Shown here piece by piece: positions 18,200-27,772 of a DNA stretch of 64,000 nucleotides (position 1 is its first letter; each line of letters opens with the position of its first letter). The position numbers and the translations under genes are program-made. This stretch comes from Candidatus Coatesbacteria bacterium. GTDB taxonomy: Bacteria; JAFGND01. The notes under the pieces are model-generated. The model had not been told where the DNA came from. It searched no databases and worked only from the letters and a program-made list of their open reading frames with translations. Location of the stretch: assembly GCA_016927185.1 (NCBI GenBank), contig JAFGND010000034.1, positions 1 through 64,000 on the forward strand, given 5' to 3'.

Positions 18200-19744
18200 T
18201 TGAAAAAAACATCTCTTTTCTCTACTATAGAAAGACTCCCTGTAAAAAGCGTCCCTGTTGAATACATATATATCAACAAGGAAAGACGCTCTTTAATAAG
18301 AACTCTGGATGAAGAGCTTATAGAATCAATAAAACAGAAAGGCTTGTTTAAGCCTGTTATTTTGCAGAAAATTGAAGACAAAGTGTATATGGTAATAATA
18401 GGTGAAAGAAGATTTCTGGCATGCAGGCATCTGAACCTTTCAGACATACAATGCAAGGTTTGCAATTTCAATGAAGAGGAAATAGCAAGATTAAGAATGG
18501 TTAAGGATGTTGATTGGAAATCATTGACGCCCATGCAGGAAGCAAAATGGTATCAATTCATAATTAACAGGAGCATTGTAAAAAACAGGAATGAATTGGC
18601 AAAAATGCTGGATTTCAGCAGATCAAGAATTACCCAGAAAATGAATCTCCTTCATCTGCCAGAATCTGTTCAGGATTTCCTTATCAAGCAACCGGAAATA
18701 AATATTACTGAATTTCAGTTAAGACCGCTGCTTCAGATCGAGGATCCAAGAATAAGCATTCAAATATTTAATGAACTTATTGAGAAAGGACTAACTGCTC
18801 AGCAAGTAAAGGACAGGGTAGACAGTTTTCTAAGGCAGGATTCAAATATAGTAAAGATAATTCCAGCTCAACCCGTTTTTAAACACAAGGAAAGGGATGA
18901 ATACGAAGAAGAAACTTATAGACTTCCTTCTGTTACAATAAGTGAACCAGAAGAGTCAATTCAAACAAGACCTGCAATTTTCGCCTTTGATCATTCAAGA
19001 CCTATTGATGATCAGATAGCTGAGATAAAATTGCAGCTTGAAGGGCAACCTGATTCAGTAGATCTGGCTTTCAGGTTGGGGCATCTTTATTACAGGAAAG
19101 GACTGTATGCAGATTCAATAAATGAACTGGAAAGAGTTGTTCATTTACAACCAGATCATCTGGAAGCATACTATTACCTTGGATGTGCATACAACAAGAT
19201 GGAACATCTGAGGGAAGCAGAAGTGGCATTAAAAAAGGCAATCGAACTGAATCCTGAATTTGAAAAAGCTTTCTATTATTTAGGTATAGTATATGACAAG
19301 ATGAGGTATTTTGATCAAGCTAAAGTAGCTTATTACAAAGTTAAGGAAATCCAGGATAGACGAAGACAGGCTACTTATGGTGGAAGTTATTCCCAGGATT
19401 CCAATAATTCATTGAAGAAAATCTCCCAGGCAAAGCAGGAATTCCTCAGAAAAGTAGCAAATCTTGATGACTACTCAGAGGAAAACCTTGAATACCTGAG
19501 AGAAATGCTGATAGAAATAACATTGGTATCTCCAGGACAGAAGGTTCGATTTGAAAGTTTTGTCTTTCAAGTTCAAAGCACTGATAGGGACAATATTCTC
19601 TGGGTATACAGGCAGAGATATGACAGCAAATATCAGGTAGAAATGGATTTGGATATTGATATAACTATATCAGAGAACCAGATCGCACAACTAGTTGAAG
19701 CAATGGAAGAATATGGATTGGTATATGTGAAGAATGAAAGTTGA
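18200..19744 (+). CDS. ParB/Spo0J-like CTPase-HTH protein fused to TPR repeats
   Basis: ELIESIKQKGLFKPVI, IGERRFLA (GxxRxxA), HTH ELAKMLDFSRSRITQKMNLL; 3-4 TPRs (LGHLYYRKG.Y..S, AYYYLG.AY). Confidence 0.85.
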   Translation: MKKTSLFSTIERLPVKSVPVEYIYINKERRSLIRTLDEELIESIKQKGLFKPVILQKIEDKVYMVIIGERRFLACRHLNLSDIQCKVCNFNEEEIARLRMVKDVDWKSLTPMQEAKWYQFIINRSIVKNRNELAKMLDFSRSRITQKMNLLHLPESVQDFLIKQPEINITEFQLRPLLQIEDPRISIQIFNELIEKGLTAQQVKDRVDSFLRQDSNIVKIIPAQPVFKHKERDEYEEETYRLPSVTISEPEESIQTRPAIFAFDHSRPIDDQIAEIKLQLEGQPDSVDLAFRLGHLYYRKGLYADSINELERVVHLQPDHLEAYYYLGCAYNKMEHLREAEVALKKAIELNPEFEKAFYYLGIVYDKMRYFDQAKVAYYKVKEIQDRRRQATYGGSYSQDSNNSLKKISQAKQEFLRKVANLDDYSEENLEYLREMLIEITLVSPGQKVRFESFVFQVQSTDRDNILWVYRQRYDSKYQVEMDLDIDITISENQIAQLVEAMEEYGLVYVKNES

Positions 19745-21233
19745 AAAATTTCTACCTGTCATTTTTTTCATTTTCTGTTCATGTTTCTTGACTAGAAGTA
19801 AAGAACCTTCAAGAAAAATATTTATCTCGAAAAATGAAAACCAGCAGATTGAATATTTACTTGGACCTGGATTAAGATATGTAATACTTATAAATAATGC
19901 ATTCAGTTTCAAAATGCAATACAAGGATTTAATAAGAAACTATCCAGGAGTACAAAAATTCGTAGAATGGATAGATCCCTTACCTGCAGTTCCAATGTAT
20001 ATGTTCAGGATTTCCGGAAGAGGTCCTGGTATACTTTTTATAGATAAGGATAACCAGATATCTCAATGCTGGGACAAATGGAAAAATTCCATCAAGTTAT
20101 ATTTCCATGATGAAGGAGACGAATATTATTACAAGGACGGGATTTTCCTGGTAAGGCAGGATAAATATCTTTTTATATCTCCGGATCTTGGTCTCCTGAA
20201 AGAAATAATAGGAAGGTTTTACAGCGAAGCAAAAAACGAAGTGAAATTTTCTTCCTTCTGGAATAACTCAGAAAACAAGGAGATATCAGGTTTACTACTT
20301 TACAATAAGCAAAACCAACCTTCCATCCTGGAAAATATGAAGGAATATGAATACAAGGAATTTTCATTTTTCTTTTCTGATGGTACAAAGAGTAAGTCTG
20401 ATAAAGCAGAAATACTTCTTAACGGCAAACCTTTCTCTGATAAATTGGGAATTGAAGATATTAACTGGAATGATTTCTTGAAAAGAATCCCAGATAAATT
20501 TGATTTTCATCTGTTTATGGGAGTAAAGAATTACAAATTGTTTACAAAATTTCTTGAAGACATAGAATCAGTAAAAAATTTCAAATGGTCTGCAAAAAAT
20601 ACCCCCTTTCCTGATGATCTTTTATCAACCTTGAAACCAGGATTTGTAATAACTGCAAATGGTCAGGATTTATTTGACAAGAAAAATAATTTCGGACTTC
20701 TTACAAAGTTTGCAATATTTGCTTATGCAGATCCAGCTTTTATTATTGCATGGCAGAAATATATAAGAACAGCAAGAATAGCTGCAAATGTTCAAAGCAA
20801 GGGAGATGTAACTGTATGGAGCTGGATAGATGTTAAGAAAAAGCAGCTTTCTTATATACTTCTTTACAATAAATCCAGTAATGCATTGGTTTTCTCAAAT
20901 GCAGGAACTTTCGGCCTAAGCCTGGATGAGTTAACTTCACCTTCAAAGCCTATAGAAAATGCTCTGCTTAAACAAGAATTATCTAAAGAGAATAACACAG
21001 GAATCGGATTATTCATTAATACAAATCGTCTGTCTCAGGACAAAGCCTGGCAAAAGATAATATCCTCCTTGACAGGAAATAAAACAGATGGATTATTTTT
21101 CAGCTTAACTGGAACAAATAAAGAAAAAATAGTTGTTGACACTTCAAACCAGATGTTTAAATCCAGTTTACAATTATATAATCTTTACCAAAATGGTGAA
21201 TTGAGATTCTACTATGAGCGAGAAAGAGATTAA
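19734..21233 (+). CDS. Hypothetical exported protein (possible lipoprotein)
   Basis: 499-aa ORF overlapping both neighbours; hydrophobic N-terminus ending FCSC. Confidence 0.6.
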   Translation: MKVEKFLPVIFFIFCSCFLTRSKEPSRKIFISKNENQQIEYLLGPGLRYVILINNAFSFKMQYKDLIRNYPGVQKFVEWIDPLPAVPMYMFRISGRGPGILFIDKDNQISQCWDKWKNSIKLYFHDEGDEYYYKDGIFLVRQDKYLFISPDLGLLKEIIGRFYSEAKNEVKFSSFWNNSENKEISGLLLYNKQNQPSILENMKEYEYKEFSFFFSDGTKSKSDKAEILLNGKPFSDKLGIEDINWNDFLKRIPDKFDFHLFMGVKNYKLFTKFLEDIESVKNFKWSAKNTPFPDDLLSTLKPGFVITANGQDLFDKKNNFGLLTKFAIFAYADPAFIIAWQKYIRTARIAANVQSKGDVTVWSWIDVKKKQLSYILLYNKSSNALVFSNAGTFGLSLDELTSPSKPIENALLKQELSKENNTGIGLFINTNRLSQDKAWQKIISSLTGNKTDGLFFSLTGTNKEKIVVDTSNQMFKSSLQLYNLYQNGELRFYYERERD

Positions 21234-23613
21234 GACAATACTGATCATAGATGATGATCCTTATATAGTTCAGATGATAGAGATGTTACTGAAGCTCAAG
21301 GGATTTAACACTATAACAGCAAATAATGGAATAGATGCCGTGCAGAAAATCTATAAAAGCAATCCGGATTTAGTGCTTCTTGATGTAATGATGCCCAAGA
21401 TGAATGGTTATCAGGTATTAAGATTGATACGCGGTGATCCAAACCTTAAAAGTATCCCAGTTATCATGCTGACTGCAAAGGTTCAGGAAGAAGACAGATT
21501 AAGAGGTTTGTTGTCCGGAGCTAATTTCTATCTTACCAAACCATTCGAAATGGCTGCACTTATTAACAAGATAGAGGAACTGGTAAGCAGTTTCAACATA
21601 GAAAATCCAGTCCCCTTGAAGAGAGATATAGATATAATAGAAATTCTCAGCAAATCAAATGATCTTCTGGATAAAAGAATTTATGAGCTTGAAATCATAG
21701 GCAAAATCATCGAAACCATGACTACCACTTCAGACCTTGATCATATATTATATGAAATAGCATCTGGTGTAAAGACTCTTCTTGGTTTTGACAGGATATG
21801 GATTGCATTGGTAAACGAAGAAGATAATCTGCTTGAAGGAAGAGTATGTCTGGGACATACAGCAGATTCTGATTTCATTTATACTAAAATTCCCATAGAA
21901 GCAAATTCCAAACAACCAGCAGTAAAAGCTATCTTAAATAAGAATCATCTTAATGTTACAAACATAAACAAGCAGCTTGAAATCTCGAAGGAACAACTAG
22001 TAGGTACAAAAGCAACCGCATTTCTAGATGTTCCAATAATAATTCATGAAAAGGCTCTCGGGGTAATAAGAGTAGACAATTTCCAGAGTGGTGAAATAAT
22101 AACGGAAGATGACATAAAGCAGTTTACAACTTTCGTGAATCAGGCAGGATTAGCAATTGAAAACGCAAAGACAAGAAATGCCCTTATCAATGAAAAATTC
22201 CATTTTGAGCAGACTATTTCAGATATTGATTCTGGGATAATCGTTATGGATCAGCATAAGAACATTACTATTTATAATTCTTATCTTGTAAAACTTTTAG
22301 GTATCTCAAAAGAATTGATTCTCAATAAATCCATAAATAACTGGATTAATCTGATTGAGCTTCAAGAAGACAAGTTTATAAATGCTTTGGACGATCTTAT
22401 GCAGCAGAAAGTGAATAATTATCAGGGAATAGGAAAAGTGAAATCCAAGAAAGATAATTCAATCATTCACATGAATTTGAATTCTTCCCTTCTTCAAATT
22501 AACGATTCTGAATTCAGGATTGTGATTAGTATTATTGATACAACAAAAGAAACTGAAGGTAAGAAAGAAATAGAACTAAAAGAAAAGAAATATAGAATAC
22601 TTAATCAAATAAGTGAGAGTATAACTCAAAAAACTGAAGTCAATGCACTAATGGAAACAATAACCAATAGAACATTTCCTTTATTTTTCAATAAAGAAGA
22701 TAAACCTAAAGAACCTGATTTCTGTTCAGTGCTTTTTTACAATGAACTGGAAAACGCACTCCTTATAACAACTTGTTCAGAAAGGGACCGTATAGATTAT
22801 TACAAGAGATTCGTATCCATAGATCCATCTTCAAATTGCATTACAGCAGTTGCTTTCAGGGAAGGAAGAGCAAAGATAAGCAATAATGTACAGAAGGAAT
22901 ATAGTTATATTGGCGATGAGGATATAATATCCGAAATGTCGGTTCCAATAAAAGTGAATGACAAGGTTGTTGGGGTATTTGATATTCAACGAAGAGCAAA
23001 GATTCCTTATTCTAATGATAATTTCGAGTTGTTTACATCAATAGGCAACCTGATTTCAATAGCTTATACAAATGCCTCTTTACTCAAGCAAGCACAAGAT
23101 CTTTCTGTTACTGATGAATTAACCTCTATACATAATAGAAGATATTTGAATGAAGTACTGCAAAAGGAATTCAACAGAAGCAGAAGATATGGAAGAGATA
23201 TGTCTCTTATTATGCTGGATATAGACAATTTCAAGAATTATAACGATACTCATGGTCATTTCCAGGGTGATGAAATTCTGAAAGGAGTAGCAAAAATTCT
23301 TCTTAATGCTTCAAGAAGTGAAATAGATTGTACCGCAAGATTTGGTGGAGAGGAATTCATGCTTGTCCTTCCTGAAACGGATAAAAAAGATGCACTTAAG
23401 ACTGCAGAAAGAATAAGACAGCTTATAGAAAACCATCCTTTCTTGTACAGGGAGCAGCAACCTTTGGGAAAAATAACTGCAAGTATAGGAGTTGCTTCTA
23501 TTCCAATTGACGCAAATGACTTGCATACTTTGCTTGAAAGAGTTGATGCGGCTTTATATTTTGCCAAGCACAACGGAAGAAATTTGGTGGTTGATGCAGC
23601 CAATATTAATTAA
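21214..23613 (+). CDS. Diguanylate cyclase, REC-GAF-PAS-GAF-GGDEF
   Basis: Receiver (ILIIDDD, LLDVMMP, KPF); two GAF domains; PAS; TDELT..HNRR, DIDNFK.YND.HGH..GD, RFGGEEF. Confidence 0.92.
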   Translation: MSEKEIKTILIIDDDPYIVQMIEMLLKLKGFNTITANNGIDAVQKIYKSNPDLVLLDVMMPKMNGYQVLRLIRGDPNLKSIPVIMLTAKVQEEDRLRGLLSGANFYLTKPFEMAALINKIEELVSSFNIENPVPLKRDIDIIEILSKSNDLLDKRIYELEIIGKIIETMTTTSDLDHILYEIASGVKTLLGFDRIWIALVNEEDNLLEGRVCLGHTADSDFIYTKIPIEANSKQPAVKAILNKNHLNVTNINKQLEISKEQLVGTKATAFLDVPIIIHEKALGVIRVDNFQSGEIITEDDIKQFTTFVNQAGLAIENAKTRNALINEKFHFEQTISDIDSGIIVMDQHKNITIYNSYLVKLLGISKELILNKSINNWINLIELQEDKFINALDDLMQQKVNNYQGIGKVKSKKDNSIIHMNLNSSLLQINDSEFRIVISIIDTTKETEGKKEIELKEKKYRILNQISESITQKTEVNALMETITNRTFPLFFNKEDKPKEPDFCSVLFYNELENALLITTCSERDRIDYYKRFVSIDPSSNCITAVAFREGRAKISNNVQKEYSYIGDEDIISEMSVPIKVNDKVVGVFDIQRRAKIPYSNDNFELFTSIGNLISIAYTNASLLKQAQDLSVTDELTSIHNRRYLNEVLQKEFNRSRRYGRDMSLIMLDIDNFKNYNDTHGHFQGDEILKGVAKILLNASRSEIDCTARFGGEEFMLVLPETDKKDALKTAERIRQLIENHPFLYREQQPLGKITASIGVASIPIDANDLHTLLERVDAALYFAKHNGRNLVVDAANIN

Positions 23614-23707
23614 AAAACTTATCCACATTTTTTTTTTCTTGACGAAAAAAACTATTTTAATTTTATTATGCAAAATTCAATAATCTTTTAATAGGAGGTA
23701 AAAACCT

Positions 23708-24445
23708 ATGAGAACATTTATTATTGTTCTTGCGTTACTTGCTTTTTGCGCAAGTCTAGGAGCGCAGAACCGTGTCATTCAAAGCAAATCTCTACCAGCT
23801 AATCCAAGACTTCTTAATAGCTTGATTAATAGTAAGTCTGATGAAATGGATACTTCTGATACTTTTACTATTATTTATCCTAATGGTGGAGAAACTTTCT
23901 ATGTTGATTCTACCTACGCTATCCGCTGGTCATCTGAAGGATCATATACTTCCAATGTCAATCTTTTTTATTCAACTGACTCAGGAGCTTCCTGGTTGAA
24001 CATTGCAAGCAATGTTCCTGATAACGGACAGTATTCATGGACAGTTCCAAACACTCCATCAGTGAACTGCCGCGTAAAGGTAAAAGATGTCAATGACACT
24101 GGTGAACATGGAGATACTAGTGATAACAACTTCACAATTACAACTATTGGTTTCAATAGTTATACTAGTGCTTCTCATGTTCCTTTAAACTATTCTATTT
24201 CCAATGCACCAAATCCATTCAAGAGCACAACAAGAATTACCTATAGTGTAAAGGAAGCATGCAACGTTTCTATCAAAGTCTATGATCTTACAGGTAGAGA
24301 AGTTGCAGTCGTAAAAGACGGTGCAGTAAAACCAGGTGAATATATTTATACATGGAATGCATCTAAATATGCTGCAGGAATGTATATCTGCAAATTCATT
24401 GCTGGTGACAAGACAATTGTTCATAGAATGACAATTGTTAAATAA
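23708..24445 (+). CDS. Secreted single Ig-like (PNGGE) domain protein with T9SS type-A C-terminal sorting domain (paralog 1)
   Basis: Signal peptide; YPNGGE...W...YSTDSG..W...W.VP; CTD PNPF...I.Y...IKVYDLTGREV...G.Y..W....GMY; RBS AGGAGG. Confidence 0.8.
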   Translation: MRTFIIVLALLAFCASLGAQNRVIQSKSLPANPRLLNSLINSKSDEMDTSDTFTIIYPNGGETFYVDSTYAIRWSSEGSYTSNVNLFYSTDSGASWLNIASNVPDNGQYSWTVPNTPSVNCRVKVKDVNDTGEHGDTSDNNFTITTIGFNSYTSASHVPLNYSISNAPNPFKSTTRITYSVKEACNVSIKVYDLTGREVAVVKDGAVKPGEYIYTWNASKYAAGMYICKFIAGDKTIVHRMTIVK

Positions 24446-24455
24446 TTGATTTATC

Positions 24456-24481
24456 CTGCTGGAAGTAATTACTTTCAGCAG
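24456..24481 (+). terminator. Stem-loop after T9SS-cargo paralog 1 (weak terminator or processing site)
   Basis: CTGCTGGAAGT-AATT-ACTTTCAGCAG inverted repeat with one G:U pair; short T tail. Confidence 0.5.
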
Positions 24482-24541
24482 TATTTAAAACGAAGAGAAT
24501 AACGAATATAGTAAAAAACATTTAAACGGAGGTAAAAAATA

Positions 24542-25264
24542 ATGAGAACAGTATTAATTATTCTGGTGCTGCTTACACTTTGTGTAAGTTTGGGAGCCCA
24601 GTCTGGTGAAAAATTAATCAATTCCCCAAGGATCGTAAATAGTTTGATTCGTTCAGATGGCGATCAAATGGATACTTCAGACACATTCACAGTAACTTAT
24701 CCAAATGGTGGAGAAACTTTCTATGTAGGACAGACTTATACCTGCACATGGAGAAGCGAAGGTACCTATACTGATTATGTAAACCTTTATTATTCAACTA
24801 ATTCAGGAACTGACTGGATTCAGATTGCAACAAGAGAAGCTGATGATGGTTCATATGATTGGACAGTCCCCAATACACCATCAGAAAATTGCCGTTTCAA
24901 AGTCAAGGATTACAATGACACCACAACAACCGGTGGCGATACAAGTGATGCTAACTTCACAATTGCGACAGGCGGCTTTAAGTATGCAAAGACAGCAACT
25001 AATGTACCTCTTTGCTTCAGCTTGAGCAACTCACCAAATCCATTCAAGAGTGCTACAAGAATTGCTTACAGTGTCAAGAATCCATGCAATGTATCAATCA
25101 AGATCTTTGATCTTACAGGTAGAGAAATCGCTACTGTAAAGAATGGAACTATGAACGCTGGAAATTACAGCATAATATGGAATGCTAAAACAGCAGGAAC
25201 ATATATCTGCATAATGAAAGCAGGAAACGAGACCTTGGTCAGGAGAATGGTGGCAATACCCTAA
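24542..25264 (+). CDS. Secreted Ig-like + T9SS CTD protein (paralog 2)
   Basis: Same architecture; shares DTSDTFT..YPNGGETFYV, WTVPNTPS.NCR, PNPFKS; RBS GGAGG. Confidence 0.8.
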   Translation: MRTVLIILVLLTLCVSLGAQSGEKLINSPRIVNSLIRSDGDQMDTSDTFTVTYPNGGETFYVGQTYTCTWRSEGTYTDYVNLYYSTNSGTDWIQIATREADDGSYDWTVPNTPSENCRFKVKDYNDTTTTGGDTSDANFTIATGGFKYAKTATNVPLCFSLSNSPNPFKSATRIAYSVKNPCNVSIKIFDLTGREIATVKNGTMNAGNYSIIWNAKTAGTYICIMKAGNETLVRRMVAIP

Positions 25265-25289
25265 AACGCAGCTTTATTAACTTAACTAT

Positions 25290-25321
25290 AAAAGGATCGC
25301 TTATTAGCGATCCTTTTTTTT
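25290..25321 (+). terminator. Rho-independent terminator
   Basis: AAAAGGATCGCT-TATT-AGCGATCC followed by a T8 run. Confidence 0.85.
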
Positions 25322-25410
25322 GATATTAAGAAAATAACAGAATCATAAAGTTCTTTACAAGAAATTCCTGCTTTAATATCTCGATAAAGAAATAAAATAA
25401 CAGGAGGTTT

Positions 25411-26139
25411 ATGATGAAAATTCTAGTGTTTCTTGTTGTGTTATCAATTCTGTTTTCCTTTGCAGCAGCAAAAACAACAGAAAAACCTGTCAGTTCAGTC
25501 CATTTAATCAACAGTCTGATATGTAGTGATTCGGATGAAATGGATACTTCAGATACTTTCACTATTATTGAACCAAATGGTGGTGAGAATTATGATCTTG
25601 GGGAGGCTATAAATATGAGGTGGACTTCTGAAGGTAATTATACTGATTATGTTAATATTTATCTGTCATCTGATTCAGGAAATACCTGGACGCAATTGGC
25701 TACTAGAGAACCTGATGATGGATCGTATATCTTATCTATTAGTGAAAGAGGAGATCATTACAGAGTAAAGGTAAAAGACTATTCAGATACCTCAACAACA
25801 GGTGGAGATACAAGTAATGATGATTTTTCAGTTGGTCGGGAAGGATTTAAATATGCAAGTAACAAAAGCAGAATTCCATACCAATTATCTATTTCAAATT
25901 CCCCGAATCCTTTCTCAACTTCAACCAAAATAACATATACTGTGAAAGATTTCTGCAGTACCTCAATAAAAATCTTCGATCTGACTGGAAGAGAAGTTTC
26001 AGTTATAAAAGAAGGAACTGCAAAGCCTGGAACATATAACTATATTTGGAATCCTACAGGATTATCTCCAGGAGTATATATTTGCAGATTCAAAGCTAAT
26101 GACATGATATTGATTAGAAGAATGACTTTGTGCAGATAG
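25411..26139 (+). CDS. Secreted Ig-like + T9SS CTD protein (paralog 3)
   Basis: DEMDTSDTFTIIEPNGGE, SSDSGNTW, PNPF, IKIFDLTGREV; RBS AGGAGG. Confidence 0.8.
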   Translation: MMKILVFLVVLSILFSFAAAKTTEKPVSSVHLINSLICSDSDEMDTSDTFTIIEPNGGENYDLGEAINMRWTSEGNYTDYVNIYLSSDSGNTWTQLATREPDDGSYILSISERGDHYRVKVKDYSDTSTTGGDTSNDDFSVGREGFKYASNKSRIPYQLSISNSPNPFSTSTKITYTVKDFCSTSIKIFDLTGREVSVIKEGTAKPGTYNYIWNPTGLSPGVYICRFKANDMILIRRMTLCR

Positions 26140-26163
26140 AAGGGATTCAATAACAAAAGGAGG

Positions 26164-26862
26164 TTGAATATGAAGTATGCATTAGTAATAGTCCTTTTTT
26201 TCAGCACTGTAATGCATGCACAATTCAATTTTGAAATAATCAAGTCAGTAAGCATAATAAACAGTACAATCAATTCAGATGTTGACAAACCTGCAACATA
26301 TACAGTAATCTATCCTAATGGAACAGAAGTATTATATGTAGGTGATACATGCACTTGCAGATGGACAAGTCAGGGAAGTTATGCTGATTATTTGGATCTC
26401 TACTATTCAACGGATTCAGGGAATTCATGGATTCAGTTAGCAGTGAGAATTCCTGATGAAAATTACTATGACTGGACAATTCCCAACACTCCATCGGAGC
26501 ATTGCAGATTCATGATTTCTGATGGTGCTGATTCTGACATGAGTGATACTGATTTCACTATTGCTACATATGGCATAAACCTAGAAGAGAAAACATCAAT
26601 TGTCCCCGCAAAGTGCTCTTTATTCATTTCTCCAAATCCTTTCAGGAATTCAACTTATATTAACTATAGCATAAAAAGCACATGTTTTGTTACTATAAGT
26701 ATTCATGATATAAAAGGAAGAGAAATCGCTGTCATAAGCAATGAAAGCAAGAAAGCTGGAGATTATGCTCTGAAATGGACTGCAAAAACAACAGGTATCT
26801 TTTTCTGTCTGATGAAAGCAGGTAATGTCAAGATCTGCAAGAAAATGGTTTCAATAAAATAA
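26164..26862 (+). CDS. Secreted Ig-like + T9SS CTD protein (paralog 4)
   Basis: YPNGTE, YSTDSGNSW, WTIPNTPSEHCR, SPNPF, IHDIKGREI; ATG 26170 after AGGAGG is the likelier start. Confidence 0.78.
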   Translation: MNMKYALVIVLFFSTVMHAQFNFEIIKSVSIINSTINSDVDKPATYTVIYPNGTEVLYVGDTCTCRWTSQGSYADYLDLYYSTDSGNSWIQLAVRIPDENYYDWTIPNTPSEHCRFMISDGADSDMSDTDFTIATYGINLEEKTSIVPAKCSLFISPNPFRNSTYINYSIKSTCFVTISIHDIKGREIAVISNESKKAGDYALKWTAKTTGIFFCLMKAGNVKICKKMVSIK

Positions 26863-26890
26863 AAAAAGGGATCTTGAATGATCCCTTTTT
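26861..26890. terminator. Bidirectional Rho-independent terminator between convergent genes
   Basis: AAAAAAAGGGATC-TTGAAT-GATCCCTTTTT. Confidence 0.8.
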
Positions 26891-26908
26891 CGAATCATTC
26901 AATTTATT

Positions 26909-27706
26909 TCAAAAGGCAAAACTCAATCCAAGACATACTGCACCAGCACCAAGTAATCCAAGAGAAATTCCCTCAAAAGTGTTTGCCTTGTCATATAAAT
27001 CATCCATCTTATCAGGATCTCTGTTATCCTTGTATTCATTATACTTGTTCATGGTTATTATATAAGAGCCTATTCCTAATGCACCAAATCCTACAGAAGC
27101 ATATCTCAAAATTCTTCTGCTTTTAGGATTATCTTTCTTCATCGTTCGTTCAAGATTGAAATTGAATTTATTGGAAGCATCGGAACTCAAGGTAATATCC
27201 TGCTTGAGAGTATCATAACCTTTTTTCTCTAATTTCATTTCAAAGGTTCCTGGTGAATGTGTTCCTTGCAGAGGAGTATCTCCAATTTTAATTCTAGCAA
27301 TATATAATGTAGCACCAGTTGGTTCAGAACCTATTTCATAAACCACTGTCCCGCTCGCCGGTTTGAGAGTAATCTCCTGTACATCAGGACTTATACCAAT
27401 TTTTGCTGTCCATGTTGTCTTATATGTTTCAAAACCATTTTTCTCAAGCCTTATTACAAAAGATTTCCCATACATTAGATTATCAATTGAAAATGGAGTT
27501 GTTCCTCTGAAAATATTGTCCAGATAGAAAGAAGCTCCTGATGGATTGCTCCTTACTTCCAGTGTAAATCTTAATCTTGCTCCACATTCAGTACAAAAGT
27601 CGCTATCATCAGGATTTTCATGATTACAGTTCGGGCATTTTATTGCAAAAAGTGAAGCGGTAACCAAAAAGATCGTAATTATAAAAATACATTTTTGCAT
27701 AATCAA
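26909..27706 (-). CDS. Zinc-ribbon + 2x PEGA domain protein with C-terminal hydrophobic segments
   Basis: Signal peptide; CPNC..N.....FCTECG; two S.P.GA..Y+....G.TP...+.LEK.G[FY] repeats; Gly-rich hydrophobic tail ending in Phe. Confidence 0.8.
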   Translation of the reverse strand: MIMQKCIFIITIFLVTASLFAIKCPNCNHENPDDSDFCTECGARLRFTLEVRSNPSGASFYLDNIFRGTTPFSIDNLMYGKSFVIRLEKNGFETYKTTWTAKIGISPDVQEITLKPASGTVVYEIGSEPTGATLYIARIKIGDTPLQGTHSPGTFEMKLEKKGYDTLKQDITLSSDASNKFNFNLERTMKKDNPKSRRILRYASVGFGALGIGSYIITMNKYNEYKDNRDPDKMDDLYDKANTFEGISLGLLGAGAVCLGLSFAF

Positions 27707-27772
27707 ACTCCCTCTTTGAAGTTATTTCAGCTTATGACTTAAGAATTCATAACTTCTTGTCAATTGGAAAAA

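Noticed and set aside
23619-23627. DnaA box as replication origin
   Set aside because: Only one box in a 94-bp gap; no box cluster and no dnaA, dnaN or gidA nearby
23708-26862. Paralog array as a diversity-generating retroelement or recombination cassette system
   Set aside because: No reverse transcriptase or recombinase in the window; differences are spread over all bases and not adenine-specific; each copy is a complete gene with its own RBS
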